From a virus: DNA of 64,000 bases. Numbering within the stretch: position 1 is the stretch's first letter; each line of letters begins with the position of its first letter. The notes under the pieces were generated by a model that saw only the letters and a program-made list of their open reading frames with translations, made no database searches and had not been told where the DNA came from. The stretch lies in IMG/VR virus record IMGVR_UViG_3300037047_000121. One strand, 5' to 3'. The translations under genes and the position numbers were made by a program. Shown here piece by piece: positions 18,179 through 26,762 of the stretch.

Positions 18179-18432
18179 TCAAGGTCGGAGATCGTGTCCG
18201 CAGTTTCGATTTCCCGGATCGGTGGCGTGATCTGACGGGACCCAACGCCTGCTACGTCGAGGGCACGGTGGTGGGGTTCGCGTCCCAGGACTGCCGCCGG
18301 TACGAGATCAAGGTCGAGCGCCACGTGTTCAGCGGGCGTGAAATGGCAGGACACGCGGAGTTCGTGTTCCCGCCGGTCAATGGGACGGAGTGCCTGTTCG
18401 GGGGCACCACGAACGGAGTCGAGAAGATCTGA
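18175..18432 (+). CDS. hypothetical protein
   Basis: GTG 18175 overlapping the upstream stop; part of track ORF 17968..18432. Confidence 0.4.
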   Translation: MIKVGDRVRSFDFPDRWRDLTGPNACYVEGTVVGFASQDCRRYEIKVERHVFSGREMAGHAEFVFPPVNGTECLFGGTTNGVEKI

Positions 18433-18438
18433 GGTACC

Positions 18439-18651
18439 ATGATCGGGGGTTTCCAGGAGGTCGCCCACGTCTACCCGATTTCCCTCGACCGTTGGGCCAT
18501 CGACATCCAGCAGGACGAGGACCGAGAACACCCCGTCCAGAGCGGAGTCGCGGCCAGTCCGAACATAGTCATCGTGCGTGCTTTCCGGTTCCTGGGGGAG
18601 CGTTACGACGTGGTTCCGCGAGTTGAGCGACATTCGGGAGATGCTGGATAA
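18439..18651 (+). CDS. hypothetical protein
   Basis: ORF track. Confidence 0.35.
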   Translation: MIGGFQEVAHVYPISLDRWAIDIQQDEDREHPVQSGVAASPNIVIVRAFRFLGERYDVVPRVERHSGDAG

Positions 18652-18823
18652 GGTGGAGGGCATCCAGGTCACCATGGATGAACTTCGGGCTCTCTGGTAT
18701 GCCTACTGCCAGCACCTCGTCGAAAAACAGAAACTTCTCGAGAGAGTGTATTATGCCCTCAGGGAAAACGGCGGACTCCGTGAAAAACTCCGCCGAGTCC
18801 GAGACGAACTGGACGACGAGTGA
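18578..18823 (+). CDS. hypothetical protein (start uncertain, possibly 18641)
   Basis: ORF track. Confidence 0.35.
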   Translation: MLSGSWGSVTTWFRELSDIREMLDKVEGIQVTMDELRALWYAYCQHLVEKQKLLERVYYALRENGGLREKLRRVRDELDDE

Positions 18824-18829
18824 CCGGGA

Positions 18830-19843
18830 TCAGTCGCTGCTGTCAACCTCGTCCTCAACGATAACAGTACCGTCGGGGTTTTTTTGGTAGTGTTGCGCTT
18901 GCCCATAGAGCCGTAGTGTATTCTCCCTCCTGAGTGTCTCCATATCAATCTCCTGCCCAGGGAGAGGGGTCAGCGTGTAGGTGTACACGTAGTAACTACG
19001 ACCTGCTTGGGTCGACTTGCTCTGGACATCCGCGACGCCCAGTTCACGAAGTCTCCTGTTATGTCTGATCTCCTGCTCCTGCCGAGTAATGATGCTTTTC
19101 ACATGCTTTTCGAGGGCTTGTGTGTATACCCCCACAGCGGATCCTGTAACCCTCCCAATGTGTTCCACCAATTCGCTCAGAGCCAGAAGCTGTGGGACTT
19201 CCGTTAGAGTGTAGATGGACGGCAGAATGAACGCCCCACGAGCCACCGCTGATCGCACATCGAAACTAATACGGGTCTCTAATTCGATGCCCTTGCTCTT
19301 ACCAACAGCTACCCCAGCTTTGACCCTGTCCACCACGCTCTCATAAAGTTGCTCTATGTCTCTTAGTTTCCGGGAGGCTGCTGCTTCGGAAAAACCGACC
19401 GCCGATGCTGATTGACCCGAAGGTGGCACGGGGCCAACCTTATCCGATGTGTCGAGAAACGCCTTGGTCGCCCAGGACGGCACTCGGGTGACGTTCTCCA
19501 TTCGCGGGTCAGACGCATAGATGATCGGACCCAGTACGGCGACCTGGGCATGCTCTTTGGTGAGCTTCACCACGTAAACATCTGTAACGGGAATCCCGAG
19601 AGGCTGGAGCTTGCTCTTAAGAGTTGCCGCTGCCTCCTGGGCACCGGCTACGGTCCCGTTGTGGTCCATGGCATAGACCATCGGACCCCGGCCCCTGATA
19701 GGCTCCCCCACCCAGAACCTTTTGGGGACCACCGGCGGGCGGCTCGGTGCCGCAGGTCGACGCGGGGGGTAACGCCATCCGGCGCTCTGCATGTAACGGG
19801 CAGCGATTCTCTGGCTGGGACTCATCTGCACCTCCGTCTCCAC
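18830..19843 (-). CDS. hypothetical protein (minus-strand island, 337 aa)
   Basis: ORF track; convergent with the plus-strand genes that end at 18823. Confidence 0.55.
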   Translation of the reverse strand: METEVQMSPSQRIAARYMQSAGWRYPPRRPAAPSRPPVVPKRFWVGEPIRGRGPMVYAMDHNGTVAGAQEAAATLKSKLQPLGIPVTDVYVVKLTKEHAQVAVLGPIIYASDPRMENVTRVPSWATKAFLDTSDKVGPVPPSGQSASAVGFSEAAASRKLRDIEQLYESVVDRVKAGVAVGKSKGIELETRISFDVRSAVARGAFILPSIYTLTEVPQLLALSELVEHIGRVTGSAVGVYTQALEKHVKSIITRQEQEIRHNRRLRELGVADVQSKSTQAGRSYYVYTYTLTPLPGQEIDMETLRRENTLRLYGQAQHYQKNPDGTVIVEDEVDSSD

Positions 19844-19902
19844 AGGGGGCAGGGATATAGATAGAATATGGGAGAGCGTTTAGCCCCTGAAAACACGTGG
19901 CC

Positions 19903-19930
19903 GGGATCACTTTTACCGGGTTCAGAGTAG
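19903..19930 (+). promoter_or_regulatory. GGGATCAC-N14-GAGTAG promoter-like motif
   Basis: Motif copy; downstream ATG 19980. Confidence 0.45.
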
Positions 19931-19979
19931 TCCTCCTGAAGGGGCAGGCTCTCGCCCAAAGAATCCCGGAGATGACCCG

Positions 19980-20255
19980 ATGAACAACGAGATCTGGGAC
20001 CGCGTCCTGATTCAACGCCAGCGGGCGGAACGGCACATGACTGGTTCCATCCGCGGGCTGATCCTGCTGCTCCTGATCACGGCCGTTCTCGCTGCCCTGA
20101 TCATCATCCCTCTCGTGTCGCACAAGGAGGACTGCCAGTCCGCGTGCAAGGAGAGGGGATACCAGGAGGGAAATGCCACCGGGTTCTTCGGATGGAAGGG
20201 CTGTCGGTGCTCACACTGGATATCGGTGGATGAGATCCAGTGTGAGCAGGACTGA
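19980..20255 (+). CDS. small membrane protein with Cys-rich tail
   Basis: LILLLLITAVLAALIIIPLV TM helix, then CQSACK...CRC. Confidence 0.5.
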   Translation: MNNEIWDRVLIQRQRAERHMTGSIRGLILLLLITAVLAALIIIPLVSHKEDCQSACKERGYQEGNATGFFGWKGCRCSHWISVDEIQCEQD

Positions 20256-20265
20256 GGACTCCGAG

Positions 20266-20640
20266 ATGAACCTGAGGCTACCGGGATTCGCTTGCATCCT
20301 GCGGGACCACAAGACGGGTCGGTTCCATCCGGCGCTCATGCAGCAGTGTCCCCTGAACTCCCTGGCGATGCCGTTCCACCTGATGACGACCGTCAGGGTC
20401 AACTCGCATCTCGTGCACGGGACGGGGTACGAGACGTTCGGGGAGGCCGTGGAAGAAACCCGGGCGCTGGCTTTCCGGTTCCACGTGCAGGAGCACGAGG
20501 TTTTCGCGGATGCCGTGTGGGGTGGCCAGTGGTCCGAGGAGAACCTCCCGATCACTTGGGTCGTCCCCAACTGGAGCAAAGTCGGACGGGACGAATTCTG
20601 CACCGAGGCGGGACTGATCAGTCCGGAAATCGGCCTCTGA
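20266..20640 (+). CDS. hypothetical protein
   Basis: ATG 20266 within track ORF 20173..20640. Confidence 0.5.
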   Translation: MNLRLPGFACILRDHKTGRFHPALMQQCPLNSLAMPFHLMTTVRVNSHLVHGTGYETFGEAVEETRALAFRFHVQEHEVFADAVWGGQWSEENLPITWVVPNWSKVGRDEFCTEAGLISPEIGL

Positions 20641-20680
20641 GGGTAGAACGACAAGGGGCAGCGCCGGAAAGGAACCCACG

Positions 20681-20926
20681 ATGAAATCCTTCACGTTCGT
20701 ATACGCCATCAGCCACGGAGACGATGTGGGCCGGGTCACCTGCACGGGCATCGATGCGCTGCTGCGGGAAATCGATCGGGTGGAGGAGGGTGGGTTCTCC
20801 TTTTTTCCGAAAGACTATTTCGGCAACCTCCAGCAGTGGGCGGAGACCGCCGAGTTGGGCGACCTGTTCGAGGTCTCCGACCGCATCTGGGTGTTCTGCA
20901 CGAGCGGCAGAGAGACGACGGTCTGA
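20681..20926 (+). CDS. hypothetical protein
   Basis: ORF track. Confidence 0.45.
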   Translation: MKSFTFVYAISHGDDVGRVTCTGIDALLREIDRVEEGGFSFFPKDYFGNLQQWAETAELGDLFEVSDRIWVFCTSGRETTV

Positions 20927-20941
20927 AACGGGAGGACACCG

Positions 20942-21181
20942 ATGCTGACGTTGACGCAAACCCTGGTTCGGATGGCGGTTCGGATGGCGCGGGGTGGCGT
21001 CATCCGAGAGCGGGCGGAGGGTGTGCTCCAAGCGGTTCTGGAGAGCGATCTGCAGGGCGACGAAAACCGCGCGGAAAGAGAACGGTTGCTGGCCTTCGGC
21101 ATGCGCCGCTACGACGCCGCACTGGTGCCCGTGACCGAGGAAAACATCCAGCGTACGGTCGACATGTTCATCTCCCGCTGA
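20942..21181 (+). CDS. hypothetical protein
   Basis: ORF track. Confidence 0.45.
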   Translation: MLTLTQTLVRMAVRMARGGVIRERAEGVLQAVLESDLQGDENRAERERLLAFGMRRYDAALVPVTEENIQRTVDMFISR

Positions 21182-21192
21182 CGAGACTCCCG

Positions 21193-21675
21193 ATGAAAGT
21201 GACCATCTGCAAACCGCGAACCCTGGCCGAGGTACATGAGCACGAGGGCATCGTACATGCCCTGTGGGACGAGGGTGGTCGTACCCGCGCGTTCCTGTTC
21301 CCTGGAAAAGCGGGGTACCCAAGCACCCGGCTGATGTACCTCAAGGTTCACACCGCATTTTACCTCCGCTACCTCATCCTTTGCAATGGGGAGACGGTGG
21401 GGTTCATGGGGGTGAGTCTCTACCCCATGAACCGGATGGCTTACGTCGGGTACGGCGTGCTCAAGCCCTATCGGGGACGCGGCATCATGACGACCGCCCT
21501 TCGGGAGTTGGTCAAACGGCTGAGCAAGAAAACCTCGCTGGACATGATCAAAGCGAACGTGGAGCCACAGAACAAGGCTTCCATCGCCGTCCTGAAATCC
21601 GCCGGGTTCGTGCTGACCGGATACTCGTACCGCCTCATCCTGTCCCGGGAGCACGCGACGGCTCAGGCAGCCTGA
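21193..21675 (+). CDS. GNAT family N-acetyltransferase
   Basis: VGFMGVSLYP...YVGYGVLKPYRGRGIMTTALRELV...IKANVEPQNKASIAVLKSAGF (GNAT motifs A/B); ATG 21193 within track ORF 20836..21675. Confidence 0.75.
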   Translation: MKVTICKPRTLAEVHEHEGIVHALWDEGGRTRAFLFPGKAGYPSTRLMYLKVHTAFYLRYLILCNGETVGFMGVSLYPMNRMAYVGYGVLKPYRGRGIMTTALRELVKRLSKKTSLDMIKANVEPQNKASIAVLKSAGFVLTGYSYRLILSREHATAQAA

Positions 21676-21749
21676 AAAGTCGAGGCTGATTCCCCCGGAT
21701 CCTGAGTAGGATAGGGTTGTGACGGATCCTATCCGAAAGGGAGACCTGA

Positions 21750-22220
21750 GTGAACGCAGACACGTTTCGCAATTTCCTGGTCAATCATTTGAACATGCTC
21801 CGGGTCGCGGAGCAGCAGGTCGAGATGATGCTGCGTGCTATCAATGCTCCGATCCCATCTCGGGAGGAGATGCAGCCCGGCATGACCATCTCTCCGCTGC
21901 CCACCCCGACACCGGCCGAGGCCCCCAAACCCATGGTCGTGGGGGGTGGGACGAAACTCTGCCCCAAGTGCGGACAGTTGACGCCCTCCTGTACGTGCCC
22001 CAAACCGGCCGCAAATCCGCCACAGGCGGCCGTAACGACCCCTCCAGGCGACCTTCCCCCGGCCGAGGTGATCCGCACGATGGCGGCCCAGCGTGGCTTC
22101 GACGTGACCGATCTCATTCCGCCCGGCAAGAAGCCCACCAAGGAGCAGAAACGGCAGGCATACCAGCGGGTGCTGGACTATGACGCGGCTCAGCCCCAGG
22201 GTGACGAGGTAGGGGACTAA
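21750..22220 (+). CDS. hypothetical Pro-rich protein
   Basis: ORF track (GTG start); CPKCGQLTPSCTCP. Confidence 0.45.
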   Translation: MNADTFRNFLVNHLNMLRVAEQQVEMMLRAINAPIPSREEMQPGMTISPLPTPTPAEAPKPMVVGGGTKLCPKCGQLTPSCTCPKPAANPPQAAVTTPPGDLPPAEVIRTMAAQRGFDVTDLIPPGKKPTKEQKRQAYQRVLDYDAAQPQGDEVGD

Positions 22221-22280
22221 TGGAAATCAAGTATCTCGGGGAACCCGAGTTCGTGGGGGAAAATCCCCGTAAAGACGGAA

Positions 22281-22676
22281 ATGACCGTGCTGGAAGCCGA
22301 CTTGGTTGAGAACGAGCAGCGGAAACTCGGTTGGGTCATCTATGAGACCGAGGGCGCACCCATCTATCCGTTCCCGGAGGGGCACGCCGACACGTTCCGG
22401 GACATCGACGAGTTGGACACGTACACGGTACCGGATCGGCGGCTGACCAGTCCAGAGTCCATCCATCCCGGGATGAAACTGCTCATTCGGGGTTTGGCTG
22501 GTTGGGTGATCGGATACGTGGACCGGCAGGAAGACGGGACTTTCATCGCCCGGGGGCAGACGACTGGGATGATCTATCAGTTGAAGTTCTCCGACAAGCG
22601 ACCGGCGGGACAGCCCCCCTGCTGGATCTGCTGGGGGTCGGTCAACATGCGTGGGCTGAAAAAGCTCACTCTGTAG
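22281..22676 (+). CDS. hypothetical protein
   Basis: ORF track. Confidence 0.5.
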   Translation: MTVLEADLVENEQRKLGWVIYETEGAPIYPFPEGHADTFRDIDELDTYTVPDRRLTSPESIHPGMKLLIRGLAGWVIGYVDRQEDGTFIARGQTTGMIYQLKFSDKRPAGQPPCWICWGSVNMRGLKKLTL

Positions 22677-22686
22677 GAGGTATCCA

Positions 22687-23082
22687 GTGGACTTTCAGAA
22701 ACTATCGTCACTCGGTCGGGATGAACTCAAGGATGTCCTCAAGTTCATCGAGAGCGAGTCTGGAACCCGTGTCACCGAGTTGTTCACGAAAGCACTGGGG
22801 ATGACGGATCAGATTCGGTCGATCTCTGGGGATGACTTTCTGGTTCCCGGTCAGTTGGTGTGTATCAAAGGCACCTGGATGACCATCATCCAGCACGTGG
22901 ATGCTGCCCCGGGATACTACACGGCGTTCCCGGAGAGCAACGATATCTCGGACGTGCACGTCATCCCGACATACGTCGTGTACCATCCCCCGACGGCTGA
23001 GTGGATCAAACGGCTCCGATCGAACCCGAAAGTCGAGTTGGCCAGTCTGATCCGGCGGATCCTTGAGAAGGTAGGTGACTGA
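22687..23082 (+). CDS. hypothetical protein, tandem paralog A
   Basis: Shares FLVPGQ...VYHPPT.EW..R...NP..EL with the next gene. Confidence 0.55.
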   Translation: MDFQKLSSLGRDELKDVLKFIESESGTRVTELFTKALGMTDQIRSISGDDFLVPGQLVCIKGTWMTIIQHVDAAPGYYTAFPESNDISDVHVIPTYVVYHPPTAEWIKRLRSNPKVELASLIRRILEKVGD

Positions 23083-23468
23083 TGAACCTGAGTGGTCTGA
23101 ACGCGGTCGACCCTAAGGAACTGCTGGAATTCCTCGACATGGCCAGTGACGAGGAATTCCAGGAACTCATTGACACTCGGAGGAAGGGGGTTCAGATCGC
23201 GGCGGAGATCTCCAACGGGACGTTCCTCGTTCCGGGACAGAAAATCGTCGTCATGGGTAAGTCGCTGGTGATCTCCCACCAGATCGAAACGACTCCCGGT
23301 CACTATCTCGCGTTCCTCGACTGTACGGGGATGGACGAAACGATCGCGTTCCAGGCACAGATCGTCTACCATCCGCCCACGTATGAGTGGTACCAAAGGA
23401 TCATGGCCAACCCCCGGGAAGAGCTTCGGAAGCTTTACCAGAGCCTGTTGGACAGGATGCAGGGATAA
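23082..23468 (+). CDS. hypothetical protein, tandem paralog B
   Basis: Paralog of 22687..23082; start overlaps the upstream stop. Confidence 0.55.
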   Translation: MNLSGLNAVDPKELLEFLDMASDEEFQELIDTRRKGVQIAAEISNGTFLVPGQKIVVMGKSLVISHQIETTPGHYLAFLDCTGMDETIAFQAQIVYHPPTYEWYQRIMANPREELRKLYQSLLDRMQG

Positions 23469-23476
23469 TTCCGCGT

Positions 23477-23983
23477 ATGACCACATCGGATCCATTAGAC
23501 CTCCGCCGTCTTCGGGACATTGCCGTGAAGTTCCGAAGAATGATCATGACCTATGAGAACACAGATCCGAAACCCAAGTTCCGACTTTCGGCAGAGGTCG
23601 GGATTTCAGATCCCAGTACCCGAAATCTGTGGTTTCGTATGGAGGGGCATGAGGTCTGCCTCTGTATGGAGGATCTCGTGATACTGCTGGATTTTGGGAC
23701 TCAAATGGTGATGAAAGTTCCCGAGGATCAATTGGAAAGTCCGGGATCATCCTCGCCCCCCCAGAGTAGTCTTGCTGGAAACAGGGGGCTACATGGGCAC
23801 CTGGGAGACCAAGGAATTCGGCAAGCGGGTCTGGACGCACGAGGGCTGGAAAATCACGGTCTGGGACCAGGGGACGCCGGACATCGAGGGCCCGAACGGC
23901 GAGGACATCGATGTGGACCTCGAACGGGGCACCCTCAACGTTTACCACTACGTCACCGACGGTGGAAACTACGGCGCGCGTAA
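23477..23983 (+). CDS. hypothetical protein (3' extent doubtful)
   Basis: ATG 23477 within track ORF 23387..23983. The C-terminal about 70 codons are Arg/Gly-rich and overlap 23793..24056 in another frame. Confidence 0.3.
   Translation: MTTSDPLDLRRLRDIAVKFRRMIMTYENTDPKPKFRLSAEVGISDPSTRNLWFRMEGHEVCLCMEDLVILLDFGTQMVMKVPEDQLESPGSSSPPQSSLAGNRGLHGHLGDQGIRQAGLDARGLENHGLGPGDAGHRGPERRGHRCGPRTGHPQRLPLRHRRWKLRRA
23743..23769 (+). promoter_or_regulatory. GGGATCAT-N13-GAGTAG promoter-like motif
   Basis: Motif copy inside the preceding ORF; downstream ATG 23793. Confidence 0.4.
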
Positions 23984-24056
23984 CCGCGACGGCGTGTCCA
24001 TCCCCCTCGCCGTGCTCGTCGAGTACATGAAAATCGTGGGGGTGTCTCATGAGTGA
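23793..24056 (+). CDS. hypothetical protein
   Basis: ATG 23793 after AACAGGGGG; within track ORF 23772..24056. Confidence 0.45.
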   Translation: MGTWETKEFGKRVWTHEGWKITVWDQGTPDIEGPNGEDIDVDLERGTLNVYHYVTDGGNYGARNRDGVSIPLAVLVEYMKIVGVSHE

Positions 24057-24654
24057 TCCCGAGTACTACCCGGATGCCGACCATCTGCACGAACGAGACG
24101 AGTGGCTCGACGATGAGACGTGGCAGCGGGGTTACGAGGCTGGTCTAGCCGCCCGACAGACCGCGGCGGAAAACGCCCTGCGCGAGCGCGACGAGACGTC
24201 TCGCGACGCCACGCGCTTCGGCGCCAGCGGCGCCACGGTCGCCGCCATCCTCGCCGAGCTGGCCGCCGAGCGCGCTGCTGCGCGAGCGGCAGAACGGCGC
24301 TTCGAGTCCTACGCAGAACAGTTGGCTGAGGCAAACTGCAATCTGGCGGACACGCAGGAAACGCTTCTCGCCGTGGAAGCCCGTGAGCGGATGCAGCGGG
24401 AACACATCGAGGCACTGACCGCCAAACTCGCTCTCCTCGATGCGGACTGGAAAGAACAAGCTGACCAGTGGTCCCGAGCAGTTGCACGGATCTCGGAGGA
24501 GCGTGACCGACTGCGGACTGCACTGGAGACGGCACACGATAGTGCCCTCTGTGCCCGACTCCATGCAGAGGGTGCGGCTGCCCACTGGACTCAGGATGTC
24601 TTGCAGACGATTGAAAAAGCCCTCGCCCAGTCCGAAAAAGGAGATGCGGCATGA
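24049..24654 (+). CDS. hypothetical coiled-coil protein
   Basis: ORF track; Ala/Glu/Arg-rich heptad-like sequence. Confidence 0.5.
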   Translation: MSDPEYYPDADHLHERDEWLDDETWQRGYEAGLAARQTAAENALRERDETSRDATRFGASGATVAAILAELAAERAAARAAERRFESYAEQLAEANCNLADTQETLLAVEARERMQREHIEALTAKLALLDADWKEQADQWSRAVARISEERDRLRTALETAHDSALCARLHAEGAAAHWTQDVLQTIEKALAQSEKGDAA

Positions 24655-24995
24655 GTGCGGACATCAAGGACATCAAGAACTGGGATCACGTCAACGTTCA
24701 GGCCATCTACCTCGATGAAGAGCGCCGCATGCACGGGATCACACGTGCGGATCTTGTTACTGCGAACGCCCGAGCCGATTCCGCTGAGCTACAGTTGCGC
24801 AAGGCACTCAATACCGTAACCGAGGTGGTAGCAGAACGGAATGCCCTGCGGGAAGCCATCCTGACCGCTCGGGAACGGCTCTACACAGTTGCCACACGCC
24901 CGGGGTGGTCATCCGACGACGCCATAGACATCGGATTCGCACTCGCAGTGCTTGGCAATGCACTAGCCCCACCCAAAACGGATACCGAGTCATGA
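24651..24995 (+). CDS. hypothetical protein
   Basis: ORF track. Confidence 0.45.
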   Translation: MSADIKDIKNWDHVNVQAIYLDEERRMHGITRADLVTANARADSAELQLRKALNTVTEVVAERNALREAILTARERLYTVATRPGWSSDDAIDIGFALAVLGNALAPPKTDTES

Positions 24996-25210
24996 TCAAA
25001 ATCATCCAGCATTTGTTGCGTTGGTTCCGCGGGGAAATCCGTGAACGAACGGTGCTGCGTGAATGCGGCTCCCTCTGTTACTGTCCCGCATGTGATGACA
25101 TCCTGAATGATCAGGCCGAGTGGGATGAGCTAATGAGTTCCTACACATGTCGCTGTGGTGCAGTGACCTATTGGGACCTGGACACCCCCGTGCCCCTGCT
25201 GCTGGACTGA
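24992..25210 (+). CDS. small Cys-rich protein
   Basis: ATG 24992 overlapping stop; CYCPACDD...CRCG. Confidence 0.4.
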   Translation: MIKIIQHLLRWFRGEIRERTVLRECGSLCYCPACDDILNDQAEWDELMSSYTCRCGAVTYWDLDTPVPLLLD

Positions 25211-25249
25211 GGGGGTGAAAACCCCCGAGGACGAACTCCCGTAACGGTT

Positions 25250-25277
25250 GGGATCATTACCTCCGCCCGCCGAGTAG
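25250..25277 (+). promoter_or_regulatory. GGGATCAT-N14-GAGTAG promoter-like motif
   Basis: Motif copy; downstream ATG 25318. Confidence 0.45.
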
Positions 25278-25317
25278 CTGTAGGAGGAGCCTTACGTCCT
25301 GCACGGAGGTTAAACCT

Positions 25318-25857
25318 ATGGCCAAAATCAAAAACCCCTGGAAAGATGGTCGTGACGCCGACGTCATGGACGAACGGTGCGTCGGGCGTCCCTGTCTCCA
25401 CGTCGGGGAGCACAAGGGTACCTTCGTCCAGGGTCGGGGCTACACGTCGTACTTCAAAGACCCGAAACTTGTTTGTATGCATCGGCATCTCCATGGGTGT
25501 CCACAGCCGATCCCTGACGCTGAGCCCGAGAGGATCCGTTGCTGCCTGAATCCGGATTTCCCAGCGAAGGGCAAGGCCCGGAAACAGCGCTGCCGTTCAT
25601 GCGGGGCATGGGCAGAGGGCTGGGTACTGGAGATCCGCCGGGGTTTACCCGTCTTGCCGCATGTCGAGTGCAAGCATCGGGATGTGCTGACGGAATACGA
25701 CGACCTGTTCCGCAAAAGCATTGTCCGATGCCGAAACTGCGGGCTGCGGTGGTACCACGTGCCCAAGCCGATGGAGCCTGGGCGGACGTTCAAAGAGATG
25801 CTAGACGAGTGGTCTGCCCGGATCCACGCTGTTTTGCGGGGGGACAACGGGGAATGA
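25318..25857 (+). CDS. Cys-rich zinc-finger protein immediately upstream of CRISPR leader 1
   Basis: ORF track; RCRSCGAW and RCRNCGLRW CxxC pairs; RBS GGAGGAG. Confidence 0.55.
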   Translation: MAKIKNPWKDGRDADVMDERCVGRPCLHVGEHKGTFVQGRGYTSYFKDPKLVCMHRHLHGCPQPIPDAEPERIRCCLNPDFPAKGKARKQRCRSCGAWAEGWVLEIRRGLPVLPHVECKHRDVLTEYDDLFRKSIVRCRNCGLRWYHVPKPMEPGRTFKEMLDEWSARIHAVLRGDNGE

Positions 25858-26049
25858 TGCGAGCAGTTCAGTGGTGCCGAAAACCCCAGAGCCGCTCGCA
25901 GAGGGTAAAGTTCTTTGAAAACCCGGACGTTAGACGAGATCGGACTCACCTGAGACCTCGAAAATGGGCACACAGCCAGTGTGAGTCGGCTGGACTGCTC
26001 GAAGTAGGGGTGCTAAGGTGTTGAAATCAGTGGGCGCCTCGATGGTGCC
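25858..26049 (+). promoter_or_regulatory. CRISPR array 1 leader (homologous to array 2 leader)
   Basis: Shares GCGAGC..GCCG.AAAACCCC..CCGCTCGC hairpin-like segment, GTTCTTTGA and CTCGAAAATGGG blocks with 33005..33203. Confidence 0.45.
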
Positions 26050-26603
26050 CTTACAATCCCTGCTGAGCCTCTAAGGTTTGGCAACAGACTCGGACTGGGT
26101 CTCATGCTCACTGAGCGCCACCCTTACAATCCCTGCTGAGCCTCTAAGGTTTGGCAACTGCAAATCCCGGCCGCGAAATCGCGCGCGGGGATCCGGGACG
26201 CTTACAATCCCTGCTGAGCCTCTAAGGTTTGGCAACGAGGCATCCTGCGTGCCCCAGAGCGCCGTGCCGTCACCTTACAATCCCTGCTGAACCTATAAGG
26301 TTTGGCAACGTATGCGCGCTAGGCGGATAGTCAATCTGCTTTCCGTCCTGACAATCCCTGCTGAACCTATAAGGTTTGGCAACAGGCAGTACGAGAAGCG
26401 GTACGCGAAGTGGTGGCCGTCTTACAATCCCTGAAAAAACCTCTAAGGTTTAGCAACACCTGGGGCAGGATGCGCTCGGCCATCTGCTGTCCGACTTACA
26501 ATCCCTGAAGAACCTCTAAGGTTTGGCAACTGGGAGGACGGCCGCCGTGTCCGCTTGCTGCGAAACGCTTACCATCCCTGCCGAACCCAGGGGGTTTGGC
26601 AAA
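26050..26603 (+). CRISPR. CRISPR array 1: 8 repeats, consensus CTTACAATCCCTGCTGAGCCTCTAAGGTTTGGCAAC (36 bp), spacers 36-37 bp
   Basis: Repeats at about 26050, 26123, 26201, 26274, 26348, 26421, 26495, 26568; the last four are progressively degenerate (likely leader-distal end). Confidence 0.9.
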
Positions 26604-26654
26604 GTGCCCGGCTGACCCGCCAGAGGATCCGCGGAACGACGATCCCTTACCCGT

Positions 26655-26690
26655 CCCCAGCTAAATCGCTGGGGTCTTCAGATTTTTCTT
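26655..26690 (+). terminator. hairpin CCCCAGC-TAAATC-GCTGGGG followed by TCTTCAGATTTTTCTT
   Basis: Stem-loop plus T-rich tract directly after the last repeat; candidate terminator for the pre-crRNA. Confidence 0.4.
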
Positions 26691-26718
26691 GACCCCAGCG
26701 GTTTGTCCGCTGTATCCT
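26689..26718 (+). promoter_or_regulatory. sigma70-like candidate promoter TTGACC-N18-TATCCT for the cas operon
   Basis: Seen in sequence about 45 nt upstream of cas6 ATG; the fragment ACAATCCCTG of the repeat recurs just before the cas6 RBS. Confidence 0.3.
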
Positions 26719-26762
26719 ACCCCTCGACTAAGTGGTACAACAATCCCTGTGGAGAGGTTCCA

